DNA from: Deferrisomatales bacterium
GTDB taxonomy: Bacteria > Desulfobacterota > Deferrisomatia > Deferrisomatales > JACRMM01
Direction of reading: 5' to 3'
Assembly (NCBI GenBank): GCA_033551855.1
Contig: JAWSUI010000003.1
Location: forward strand, 64,001-128,000
DNA: 64,000 bases
Part shown: piece by piece, positions 39,384 through 48,291 of the stretch
How positions within the stretch are numbered: position 1 is the first letter of the stretch
Layout: every line of letters begins with the position of its first letter
The notes under the pieces: model-generated
Told to the model about the DNA's origin: nothing
The model's database searches: none
Seen by the model: the letters and a program-made list of their open reading frames with translations, nothing else
Position numbers and translations under genes: made by a program

Positions 39384-40574
39384 CTAACCAACCTGCACGA
39401 CCAGGGCGGCCCCCGTGTCGCCGGCGGCGCAGCCGGTGAACAGGCCGTAGCCGCCGCCCTTCTCCGCGAGCTCCTCGACGAGCTCGATGACGCACCGGGC
39501 CGCCGTGGGCCCCTGGGGGTGTCCGAACACCAGGGGGCTGCCATAGTTGTTGGCCGCGTTGACGTCGACGCCGAGCTCTCGGGCGAAGTACAGATCGTTG
39601 ATGACGAAGGGGTTGTGGGTCTTGACCGCCTTCATGTCCCCGATCTTCAAGCCGGCTTTCTCCAGGGCCATGGCCGCCGCCGGCACCGGAGCGCGGGGCA
39701 TGAAGCCCTTCTGGGTCCGCGCGTAGCCGTAGGACACCAGCCGGACCTCGACGCCGGGGTCCGCCGAGAGCTCCCGCGCCCGCTCCCGGGTGGCGACGAT
39801 CACCGCGGCGTTGCCGTCGGCCGGGTGGGTCTGGGCCCCGAAGCTGTGCACCCCACCCGGAAGAACCGGGGGCAGGCCCGCCAGGGCCTCGCGGGTAGTG
39901 GGCGTGATCCCCTCGTCCTGCTCCAGGAGCACGGTCTTCTTCTTGCTGAGCCGCACCTCGGCCGGGAACATGTAGCGCTTCTGGAAGGCCCGGTCCGCCT
40001 TCAGGGCGTCGCCGTACTGCTCGTAGCGGCGGGCTGCCACGTCGTCGACCTGCTCCTTGGTGACCCCGATCTCCTTGGCCACGTTCTCGCCGGTCTGGAT
40101 CATGGCGTTCTTGGCGAAGGGGTCGTGGTTGAAGTTGTCCATGAGCCAGTTTTCGTGGAGCAACTCGCCCCCCGGCCCGTTGGGGTTGGGCCACACCACG
40201 TGGGGGCCGTTGGAGGTCCGGTCCGCGGCCAGGTGCAGCACGCTGCCGAACAGCCCGTTCTCGACCCCCGCCGCGGCGTTGTAGAGGCAAGTGGTGGCCG
40301 TCGAGCAGGCCTGGCTCACGTTGCACCCCGCCAGCCCCTCGGCCCCCAGGAGTGCCGCCACCCAGGGCGCACCGTAGAAGGCCTGCCTCTGGTGGATGGT
40401 GTAGCCGAGATAGAGGTAGTCGAAGCTCTTCGGGTCGATCCCCCTCTGGCCCAGCCATCGCGAGGCGGTGGCCGCCCCCAGAACGAGGGAGTGCTCGTTG
40501 GCCAGCGTCATCTGCCACTTCGAGAAGGGGGTGGTGTAGTAGCCGCGAAAGGGAATGTAGGCCTTCGTGAACAT
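39384..40574 (-). CDS. Thiolase-family protein with non-canonical motif
   Basis: QACST (catalytic Cys), THPADG, GHPQGPT, GCAAGDTG; THNPF in place of NEAF. Confidence 0.88.
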   Translation of the reverse strand: MFTKAYIPFRGYYTTPFSKWQMTLANEHSLVLGAATASRWLGQRGIDPKSFDYLYLGYTIHQRQAFYGAPWVAALLGAEGLAGCNVSQACSTATTCLYNAAAGVENGLFGSVLHLAADRTSNGPHVVWPNPNGPGGELLHENWLMDNFNHDPFAKNAMIQTGENVAKEIGVTKEQVDDVAARRYEQYGDALKADRAFQKRYMFPAEVRLSKKKTVLLEQDEGITPTTREALAGLPPVLPGGVHSFGAQTHPADGNAAVIVATRERARELSADPGVEVRLVSYGYARTQKGFMPRAPVPAAAMALEKAGLKIGDMKAVKTHNPFVINDLYFARELGVDVNAANNYGSPLVFGHPQGPTAARCVIELVEELAEKGGGYGLFTGCAAGDTGAALVVQVG

Positions 40575-40663
40575 GGCTCCTCCTTACAAGGTCGGCCTTC
40601 GGCCGTTGGCTGTCGGCTCCCCCGCGCCCCTCCCACGAGGAGGGGATGCCGGGAACGCCGGTT

Positions 40664-42166
40664 CTACTGCGTCCTCTCCCGATCCCGCAGCTCCCGCTTC
40701 AGGATCTTTCCCGTGGCGTTCTTGGGGAGGTCGTCGAGGAACTCCACGATGCGCGGGGCCTTGTAGTCGGCCAGCCGCTTCTTGCAGTGGGCGATGATCT
40801 CCTCGGGCGAGGTCTTCCCCGGCTCCCGCAACGCCAGAACCGCCTTCACGCTCTCGCCGAACACGGGGTGGGGCACCCCGATCACGGCGCACTCCCGGAC
40901 GTTCGGGTGGGCGTAGAGTACCTCCTCCACCTCCCGAGGCCAGACCTTCAGGCCCGCCGAGTCGATCATGTCCTTGAGCCGATCGACGATGAAGACGTAC
41001 CCCTCTTCGTCCATGTAGCCGATGTCGCCGGAGCGCAGCCAGCCGTTCACCACCGCCTCGGCCGTGGCCTCGGGTTTGCGGTAGTACTCCTTCATCACAT
41101 TGGGCCCCTTGATCCAGATCTCCCCCAGCTCGCGCCGGGCCACCTCGTTGCCCTCCGGGTCCGCGATCCGGATCTCCACGTTCATCACCGCGGTGCCCAC
41201 CGAGCCCTCCTTGTGGCGAAACTCGTGGTTGTAGGTGGAGAAGGGCGTGGTCTCCGTCAGGCCGTACCCCTCTACCACGGTGAGGCCGAAGCGCTCCTTC
41301 CACCGGCGGGCCACCTCCCCGGGCATGGAGGAGGCCGCGGAGAAGCTGTACCGGACGGACTTCATCGCCTCGTCCGACCGGGGATCGTTGAGGACCAGCA
41401 TGTAGATCGCCGGCACGGCGTACCACCGCGTGACCCGATTGCGCCGCAGGCTCCCCAGCGCCTCGTCCAGGTCGAACTTCTTGTGCAGCACCAGGGTGCA
41501 GCCCGCCTGGACCACGGAGTTGAAGATGAAGTTCTGGGCGAAGGAGTGGTAGATCGGCAGGAAACAGATGGCCCGGTCGTCCCGACGCATGTCGCACATG
41601 TACTTGGTTGCGTTGGTGTTGGAGACCACGTTGCCGTGGGTCAGCACGACCCCCTTCGGCCTTCCGGTGGTGCCCGAGGTGTAGATGATGGCCGCCGGTT
41701 CGTCGCGCTCCGTGTACACCGTGGGAAGGTCCGGTGCCGCGCCGGCCAGGAGCTCCGCCCAGGCCCTGTCGCCCCCCGCGCCGTCCACGCTCACCACCGT
41801 GCGCACGGCCGGGATGCGGTCCCGGGGAGGCACCTCGGGCAGGAGCCCCTCCTCGGTGACCAGGACCACGCCCTCACTGTCGTTGACCATGTACTCGACC
41901 TCGTCCGCCTTGCTCATGCTCGAGATCGACACGCACACCGCGCCCACCTTCTGGCACGCGTAGTAGGTCACGATGAACTCCGGGCAGTTGGTCAGGAAGA
42001 CACAGACCTGGTCCCCCTGGGCCACCCCGAGGGACCGCAGGGCGTGCCCCATCCGAGAGGCCTCTTCCGAGAAACGCCGGTAGGTCCACACCTGATCCCC
42101 GTAGACGATGGCCTCGTGGTCGGGGAAGAAGAGGTGGTTTCGGTCCAGGGCGTCGGCGATGTTCAT
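40664..42166 (-). CDS. Acyl-CoA synthetase (long-chain fatty acid--CoA ligase family)
   Basis: YTSGTTGRPKG, EGYGLTET, SGDIG, DRLKDMI, LPKNATGKILK. Confidence 0.92.
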   Translation of the reverse strand: MNIADALDRNHLFFPDHEAIVYGDQVWTYRRFSEEASRMGHALRSLGVAQGDQVCVFLTNCPEFIVTYYACQKVGAVCVSISSMSKADEVEYMVNDSEGVVLVTEEGLLPEVPPRDRIPAVRTVVSVDGAGGDRAWAELLAGAAPDLPTVYTERDEPAAIIYTSGTTGRPKGVVLTHGNVVSNTNATKYMCDMRRDDRAICFLPIYHSFAQNFIFNSVVQAGCTLVLHKKFDLDEALGSLRRNRVTRWYAVPAIYMLVLNDPRSDEAMKSVRYSFSAASSMPGEVARRWKERFGLTVVEGYGLTETTPFSTYNHEFRHKEGSVGTAVMNVEIRIADPEGNEVARRELGEIWIKGPNVMKEYYRKPEATAEAVVNGWLRSGDIGYMDEEGYVFIVDRLKDMIDSAGLKVWPREVEEVLYAHPNVRECAVIGVPHPVFGESVKAVLALREPGKTSPEEIIAHCKKRLADYKAPRIVEFLDDLPKNATGKILKRELRDRERTQ

Positions 42167-42332
42167 CGGGCTGCTCCTGTGTGTGCGTGCGCCGATCGTG
42201 GGAGATCAAGTGGTCGTTTTTCACCAAACACGGTCCAATATCCACCGGCAGGGCCCGCGCAAAGGCGGGCCGGCCCCGGCGGAACGGGCAGCGGCTGCGC
42301 GCCGCCGGCCTCCTCGGGGCTGACGGCGGCAC

Positions 42333-42362
42333 AGCTTACCAACCGCTCGGTCGTTTGTGCAA
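42333..42362 (-). promoter_or_regulatory. Promoter of the ligase-thiolase-iorAB operon with palindrome in the spacer
   Basis: TTGCAC-18-TAAGCT with TG extension; spacer contains ACCG-AG-CGGT. Confidence 0.45.
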
Positions 42363-42494
42363 GTCCGAGGCCACGGCAGGAGACGGCGCGGCGGCTCCGC
42401 CACCCCCCCTTGGCCTCCGGACCGGAAACCCGCAGGCAGCGCCGCGACCTCTGCGGCGGGCTCGACCGGCCGTTTCCCCCGGGACACGAAGACA

Positions 42495-42521
42495 GCCGGG
42501 GCCCCTGAGAGGGGCCCCGGC
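42495..42521 (-). terminator. Hairpin after acyl-CoA dehydrogenase
   Basis: 12-bp perfect stem GCCGGGGCCCCT/AGGGGCCCCGGC; weak U tail. Confidence 0.5.
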
Positions 42522-42550
42522 GGGGCAGTACGGGAAGGGCGGCGATGCCC

Positions 42551-43708
42551 TCAGCGGTTGGCCGTGTGGCCCAGGGCGATCCCGGCAATGATCATCTTCT
42601 GCACGTTCGAGGTCCCTTCCACCACCTGGTAGGACTTGGCGTCCCGGAAATACCTCTCGATGGGGTACTCGGTCGAGAAACCCCAGGACCCGTAGACCTT
42701 CATCACCTCGTTGGTGGCGTGGACCGCCGCCTCGGCGGAGAAGTACTTGGCGATGGAGGTCTCGAGCTGGTTGGGCTTGCCCTGGTCCTTGAGATAGGCC
42801 GCCCGGTAGACGAGGAGCTGGGCGGCGTGGTGCTCGGCCACGAGCTCGGCGATCGTCGCCTGGATCATCTGGTACTTGCCGATGGGCTGGCCGAACTGGG
42901 TGCGCTCGTTGGCGTACTGGATGCCCAGATCGATGGCGCCCCCCGCGCACCCCAGGGCCCCGGCGGCGCACCCCAGGCGGGTGTTGTTGAGCTGCCACAT
43001 GCAGATCTTGAACCCCTCCCCCACTCCCCCGAGGACCGCGTCCTTCGGCACGCGGGCATCGTCGAAGAGGACCTCGCCCGTCGGCGCGCCGTGCAGCCCC
43101 AGCTTGGTCTCGATGGGCCGGGTGGTGACCCCCTCGGTCTTCTTGAGATCCACGAGGAAGCAGGTCATGCCCTTGTACTTGGCCGCCCGGTCCGTGTAGG
43201 CGTACACGAGGCCCACGTCACCCACGTGGGCGTTGGAGATCCAGGTCTTCTGCCCGTTGAGGATCCAGCAGTCCCCGCCGTCGCGGGCGTTGGTCTTCAT
43301 GCCGGCCACGTCCGAGCCGCTGTTGGGCTCGGTGATGGCGAAGAACCCGACGCTCTCCCCGCTCACCCACCCGGGGATGTAGGCCTCCTTCTGCGCCTCG
43401 GTGCCGAACTCCTGCACGGTCAGGGCCGGGCCGATGTTCTGCATGTTGAAGGGGAGCCGCCAGGAGGGGCTCACCTTGGCGATCTCTTCCGCCAGGAGCA
43501 CGCTCTCCAGCAACCCCATCCCGTTGCCGCCGTACTTCTCGTCGATGCCGCACCCGAAAAAGCCCAGCTCCCCCATCTTCCGGACGCGCTCGAGGGGAAA
43601 CAGATGCTCCGCCTCCTCCGCCTCCATGGTGGGCCGGATCTCGTTCTCGGCGAAGCGCCTGGCCTGCTCCTGCACCATCCTCTGTTCAGGGGTCAACTCG
43701 AAGTCCAT
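42551..43708 (-). CDS. Acyl-CoA dehydrogenase (resembles non-decarboxylating glutaryl-CoA dehydrogenase type)
   Basis: FAITEPNSGSD, LNGQKTWISN, ERTQFGQPIG, RYFRDAK..VVEGTSNVQK; start MDFELT with GAGGAGG RBS. Confidence 0.92.
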   Translation of the reverse strand: MDFELTPEQRMVQEQARRFAENEIRPTMEAEEAEHLFPLERVRKMGELGFFGCGIDEKYGGNGMGLLESVLLAEEIAKVSPSWRLPFNMQNIGPALTVQEFGTEAQKEAYIPGWVSGESVGFFAITEPNSGSDVAGMKTNARDGGDCWILNGQKTWISNAHVGDVGLVYAYTDRAAKYKGMTCFLVDLKKTEGVTTRPIETKLGLHGAPTGEVLFDDARVPKDAVLGGVGEGFKICMWQLNNTRLGCAAGALGCAGGAIDLGIQYANERTQFGQPIGKYQMIQATIAELVAEHHAAQLLVYRAAYLKDQGKPNQLETSIAKYFSAEAAVHATNEVMKVYGSWGFSTEYPIERYFRDAKSYQVVEGTSNVQKMIIAGIALGHTANR

Positions 43709-43849
43709 CGGTACGTCCTCCTCTCGTCTGCTGGGCCGGCCTTGGCACCGACCTCTGTTTTCAGGGCTTCTCGGAAAGGGTCCGCCGGGCCGGCCGGCAG
43801 GGGCCGCCCCTCTGCTCCGAGGAATCCGTCGCCATCCCAGCCCCGGCAA

Positions 43850-43865
43850 TGCAACTTCGGGGCCC
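43850..43865 (-). promoter_or_regulatory. Sigma54 -24/-12 promoter of the acyl-CoA dehydrogenase
   Basis: GGGCCCCGAAGTTGCA = GG-N10-GC with TTGCA; sigma54 activator gene lies upstream. Confidence 0.55.
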
Positions 43866-43916
43866 CTCCAAGAAGAGGCTTCCTGAAGCCGCGGAACCGG
43901 CGACGGGCAGTCATTC

Positions 43917-43987
43917 TGTAGGGCTGCCGCTACACCCCGCGGTTTCCGCTGGAACCGACGCCCCCACGCCGTCGGGAACCGCCGACA
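43917..43987. promoter_or_regulatory. Two candidate upstream activator sites
   Basis: TGTAG-N8-CTACA (43917-43934) and CGTCG-N8-CGACA (43970-43987). Confidence 0.45.
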
Positions 43988-44261
43988 TGTCCCCCGGGTC
44001 CAACGCCCATGGACGACCCCCTGCGCCTGCATTTCCCGGAGACCGAGGCTCGGGGCGGGAAATCAGGGGCTTCCGATAAATGACAGGTCCCGCACCCAAG
44101 GACGGCCGCTCGGTGACCCTACCCCCCGTCGGGACCTTTGATCCCTCCCCCCGGGTCGGACGACCCGAGGGCTCGCACGCGCCGGGGTCCTGCCTGCCGG
44201 AGGGAAGGTTTCGCGCCGAACGCACGCGGAGACCCGACCGCTCGTCGCAGCACGAAAATCA

Positions 44262-44470
44262 GGTTCATCCGGGAAATGACCGGGTACTCGTGTCCAGGGA
44301 CGACCGGGTGGGCCCGGCCACGCAGGCGGACGGCCGCTCGACGGGAGCAGCCGTTTCGGGAGCCGCGATGCCGCGAGGATTCCGGATGCGGCGCGGGAGC
44401 GCACTTATCGTACAGTCTGGCATCGTCCGCCGGAGGGGGCGGGCCCACCCGGTCGTTTACCCGAAGAACC
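44262..44470. mobile_element. 209-bp MITE-like element, copy 2 (inverted relative to copy 1)
   Basis: Same length as copy 1, 13 substitutions and no indels by manual alignment; 8-bp direct repeat GAAAATCA at 44254-44261 and 44471-44478. Confidence 0.87.
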
Positions 44471-44475
44471 GAAAA

Positions 44476-45900
44476 TCAGCCCTCGGAGGTGGGGATCCCG
44501 TACCGGGCCATCTTCTCGTACAGCGTCGTCCGATGAATGCCCAGCAGCTTGCCCGCTCGGCTCTTGTTGTTCCCCGCCACCGCGAGAACCCTCTGGATCG
44601 TGCGGCGTTCCGCCGCGGCCACCGCCTCGCTCAAGAGGGTGCTCGACCCCTCGTCGCCCCCGGTGTCGGCCAGGAGGTGGGCCGGCAAGTCCTCCAGCCG
44701 GATCGCCGAGCCCTTGGCGTTCCAGGCCGCCCGTTCCACCAGGTTGAGAAGCTCGCGCACGTTCCCGGGCCATCGGTAGGCCTGGAGGGCGGCCAGGGCT
44801 TCGGCGTCGAACGCCTTCGCCCCGGCGTAGTCGAACCGGGCGGCCAGGAATGCCCGCACGTACAGCGGAATGTCCTCCGGGTGCTCCCGGAGGGGCGGAA
44901 CCCGCAAGAGCATCTTGTTCAGGCGAAAGTACAGGTCGAGCCGGAACTTGCCCTGCTCGGTCAGCTCCTTCAGATCCACGTTGCTCGCCGCGATGAGGCG
45001 GAAGTCCACGTATCGGATCATCGTGGCGCCGACCCGCTCCACCTCCTTCTCCTGGAGCACCCGCAGGAGCTTCGCCTGCATGTCCAGGGGAAGGGAGCCG
45101 ATCTCGTCGAGGAGGATCGTCCCACCGTGCGCCTGCTCGAACTTCCCGACCCTCCCCTTCCGGTCCGCGCCGGAAAAGGAGCCGGGCTCGTAACCGAAGA
45201 GCTCGGACTCCGCCAGCTCCCTCGGGATCGCCGCGCAGTTGAGCCGCACGAACGGGCCCTCGGCGCGCGGGCTGGCGTTGTGGATGGCGTGGGCGAAGAG
45301 CTCCTTGCCCGTGCCGGTCTCCCCGATGAGAAGCACGTCGGCATCCGAGCGCGCCACCCTTCGCGCGAGCTCCACGGCCTCCGCCAGGCGCTCTCCCGTG
45401 CCCAGGATCTGGTCGAAGGTGTAGCGGTTCTGCTGGGGCATGGCCCGCAGCTTCTTTTCGTAGGCCGCCACCCGGTCTTCCAGGACCCGGACCATGCGGG
45501 TGAGCTTCGACACCTCCGCCAGGTCCCGGAACATGATGCTGCCCATGGCGCCGATGACCCGTCCGTCTTTTCGGATGGGGATGCGGGCCACCACCTTGGT
45601 CTTCCCCGCGATCTCCTGGAGGTGCCCGACCTCGGCCCGGCCCGTCTGGCACACCACCTGCAGACGGCTCGAAGGAATCAGCTCGACCACGGGCCGCCCC
45701 TTGGCCCCGCCCCGGGGGAGCCCCAGGAACCGCTCGTTCTCGCGGTTCATGTAGACCACGCGTCCCTCCCGGTCCACCACGATGAGCCCCTCGTAGCGGT
45801 TGTCCAGCAGGATGCGAAGCGCCTCTTCGGTCTCCTCGGTGATGCCGTAAGGCCCGAAGGCATCCTGGAGCACCGAGCGGATGCGGCTGAAATCGGTCAT
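44476..45900 (-). CDS. PAS-domain sigma54-dependent transcriptional activator
   Basis: PAS (GLIVVDREGRVVYMN), GETGTGKE, ESELFGYEPGSFSGA (GAFTGA variant), WPGNVREL, Fis HTH. Confidence 0.93.
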   Translation of the reverse strand: MTDFSRIRSVLQDAFGPYGITEETEEALRILLDNRYEGLIVVDREGRVVYMNRENERFLGLPRGGAKGRPVVELIPSSRLQVVCQTGRAEVGHLQEIAGKTKVVARIPIRKDGRVIGAMGSIMFRDLAEVSKLTRMVRVLEDRVAAYEKKLRAMPQQNRYTFDQILGTGERLAEAVELARRVARSDADVLLIGETGTGKELFAHAIHNASPRAEGPFVRLNCAAIPRELAESELFGYEPGSFSGADRKGRVGKFEQAHGGTILLDEIGSLPLDMQAKLLRVLQEKEVERVGATMIRYVDFRLIAASNVDLKELTEQGKFRLDLYFRLNKMLLRVPPLREHPEDIPLYVRAFLAARFDYAGAKAFDAEALAALQAYRWPGNVRELLNLVERAAWNAKGSAIRLEDLPAHLLADTGGDEGSSTLLSEAVAAAERRTIQRVLAVAGNNKSRAGKLLGIHRTTLYEKMARYGIPTSEG

Positions 45901-46307
45901 GTACAGCCCTCCTTACCCAAGGCCAGTAGCTACCACGCCTCGGAACGCCGCGTAAAGCACGGGCTTCGCCGGCCCCCCCCGGTCGCGGGTGGGCGCGCCC
46001 AGGATACCACTTCGGACCCCGGCGGACTCCCCACCGGAGGGCCGTGCGGCTCCGCATGGCCCGGGTCCGCCCTTCGGGTCGTCGAGTCGCCTGCACCACC
46101 ACGGTTTGGGCGGGGTTGGGGAGACCCGGAGTGCAGCCGCGAACCGCACCGACCAATGCGTCGCGCCGGAGCGAGACCGGTGAAGATCGGCGCACCGGCT
46201 CCCCGGGAAGACAGGCCTCTCAACAGCCGCGGATTTCGGGGCGTAACGCAGGAGCTCCCCGACCCCGCCCCGATACGGAGCCGGCGGGTCCAAAGATCAC
46301 GGCGTTC

Positions 46308-46336
46308 TTGACACGCCCGGGCAAGGTCTCTAAGGT
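46308..46336 (+). promoter_or_regulatory. Sigma70 promoter of the ribF-aroE-pil operon
   Basis: TTGACA-17 nt-TAAGGT. Confidence 0.65.
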
Positions 46337-46406
46337 TGTGCCTCGCTTCTCCCCGGGAACCGGGTGCAGCGCCCCGGGTCTTTCCCTCCACAACCCGCCG
46401 GACCCG

Positions 46407-47366
46407 ATGCACATCATCGAACACTCTCAACTCGTGCCGGGCCAGTTCGGGCGGTCGGTGGTCACCGTGGGGAACTTCGACGGCGTGCACCTGGGCCACC
46501 AGGTCCTGCTGCGGCGGGTCGTCGAGCGGGCCCGCGGCAAACGGGCCTCCTCGGTGGTGTACACGTTCCACCCGCACCCCCTGCGGGTGCTGAACCCCGC
46601 GTTCTGCCCCCCCCTGCTCACCGCCTTCGAGGACCGCGCCGCCCGCATCGCCGCCCAGGGGCTCGACGTCCTCGTCTGGGCCCGCTTCGACCGCGACTAC
46701 GCCGCACGGGAGCCCGAGGAGTTCGCCCGGGAGACCCTGGCCGGGAGCCTGGGGACGCGGGAGCTCTGGGTAGGCCCCGACTTCGCCTTCGGCCGCGAGC
46801 GCCGCGGCAGCCTTGGGCTCTTGCGGGAACTGGGGAAAGAGCTGGGGTTCACGGTGGAGGTCCTCCCCGCCTTCGGCCTGGGGGGGGAGGTGGTGTCCTC
46901 CACCCGGATCCGCCAGGCGGTGGCCGAGGCGGACTTCGAGACCGCCGAGCGCCTCCTGGGGCACCCGTACACCCTCCACGGACCGGTGGTGCGGGGGGCC
47001 GGCCGGGGGCGCGGCCTGGGGTTCCCTACGGCGAACGTGCTCGTCCGAGAGGAGTGCCTACCCCCCCACGGGGTGTACGCGGCCTGGGCCACGGAGCCCG
47101 GAGGGGGGGCGAGCCCCCGCCCGGCGGCGCTCAACATCGGCCACAATCCCACCTTCGGGGGCGCGGAGACCACCGTGGAGGCCTACCTGCTGGACTTCGG
47201 GGGCGACCTCTACGGGGAGGAGCTCGAGCTCCGGCCCGTCACCGCCCTTCGCGGCGAGATCGCCTTCCGCACCCCCGCCGACCTGTCCCGGCAGATCTGC
47301 AAGGATGTGGAGGAGACCCGGCGCGTCCTCGGCCTGCGGGACCTCACCGCGAGCGGGGGGTCATGA
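46407..47366 (+). CDS. ribF: Bifunctional riboflavin kinase/FAD synthetase
   Basis: GNFDGVHLGH, VSSTRIR, GRGLGFPTAN, NIGHNPT, EAYLLDF..DLYG. Confidence 0.95.
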   Translation: MHIIEHSQLVPGQFGRSVVTVGNFDGVHLGHQVLLRRVVERARGKRASSVVYTFHPHPLRVLNPAFCPPLLTAFEDRAARIAAQGLDVLVWARFDRDYAAREPEEFARETLAGSLGTRELWVGPDFAFGRERRGSLGLLRELGKELGFTVEVLPAFGLGGEVVSSTRIRQAVAEADFETAERLLGHPYTLHGPVVRGAGRGRGLGFPTANVLVREECLPPHGVYAAWATEPGGGASPRPAALNIGHNPTFGGAETTVEAYLLDFGGDLYGEELELRPVTALRGEIAFRTPADLSRQICKDVEETRRVLGLRDLTASGGS

Positions 47367-48289
47367 CGAGGGGCTCCGGAAACCGAGCCCCCACGGCGCG
47401 CACTCGCCTCTTCGGCCTCGTCGGCCACCCCGTGTCCCACAGCCTCTCGCCGGCCATGCAGAACGCCGCGTTCCGAGCCGGCGGCCTCGACGCCGCCTAC
47501 GCCGCCTTCGACGTGGCGCCGGAAGCACTGGGGGAGGCCCTGGCCGGCGCCCGCGCCCTGGGCTTCGGCGGGCTCAACGTCACTGTCCCCCACAAGGAGC
47601 GGGCCCTGGCCCTCGCGGTCGAGGCGGCCCCCGCCGCCGCACGGGCGGGGGCGGCCAACACCCTGGTTTCGGTCCCCGGCGGCTGGCGGGCCCACAACAC
47701 CGACGGGGCCGGTCTGGTGGCCGCGCTCCGGTCCGAGCTGCGGCTCGACCCCACCGGCCGGACGTGCCTGATCCTGGGGGCGGGAGGGGCGGCGCGGGGC
47801 GCGGCGCTGGGGCTCCTGGAGGCGGGGGCTCAAGAAATCCTCTTGGCGAACCGAAACGAAGACCGCGCTGCGGCGCTCGCCCGGGAGCTGAACCGGCGCT
47901 GCCGCACCCGGCGGTTCGCGTCGGTGCCGTTGGGGGAGGCACCGGAGAGGCTGGGACCGGAGGGGCTCCTCGTCAGCGCCACTCCCCTCGGGCTGGGCCC
48001 CGGGAACCGCTGGCCCTGGGAGATCGAGCGCTTCGCCCGCGGTACCGTGGCCTACGACCTCGCCTACCGGGCCGAGGCCGAGACCCCCCTGGTGACCCAG
48101 GCGCGGGAACGGGGGCTCCGGGCGGCTTCCGGGCTCTCGATGCTGCTCCACCAGGGGGCCTTGGCGTTCACCCTCTGGACCGGCGGGCCCGCTCCGCTGG
48201 CCGCCATGGGGCGGGCGCTCCGGCGGGCCCGGGCCGCCCAGGGCGAGCGCTCCGGCGGGGCGCAGGCACACCGCACCGACCCGAGGTGA
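47363..48289 (+). CDS. aroE: Shikimate dehydrogenase
   Basis: GHPVSHSLSP, NVTVPHK, GAANT, NTDG, GAGGAARG, MLLHQG; ATGA overlap with ribF. Confidence 0.93.
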   Translation: MTRGSGNRAPTARTRLFGLVGHPVSHSLSPAMQNAAFRAGGLDAAYAAFDVAPEALGEALAGARALGFGGLNVTVPHKERALALAVEAAPAAARAGAANTLVSVPGGWRAHNTDGAGLVAALRSELRLDPTGRTCLILGAGGAARGAALGLLEAGAQEILLANRNEDRAAALARELNRRCRTRRFASVPLGEAPERLGPEGLLVSATPLGLGPGNRWPWEIERFARGTVAYDLAYRAEAETPLVTQARERGLRAASGLSMLLHQGALAFTLWTGGPAPLAAMGRALRRARAAQGERSGGAQAHRTDPR

Positions 48290-48291
48290 CC

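Noticed and set aside
45901..46300. Small gene or RNA in the divergent gap before ribF
   Set aside because: Only GC-rich ORFs without RBS or motifs and no terminator-bounded unit
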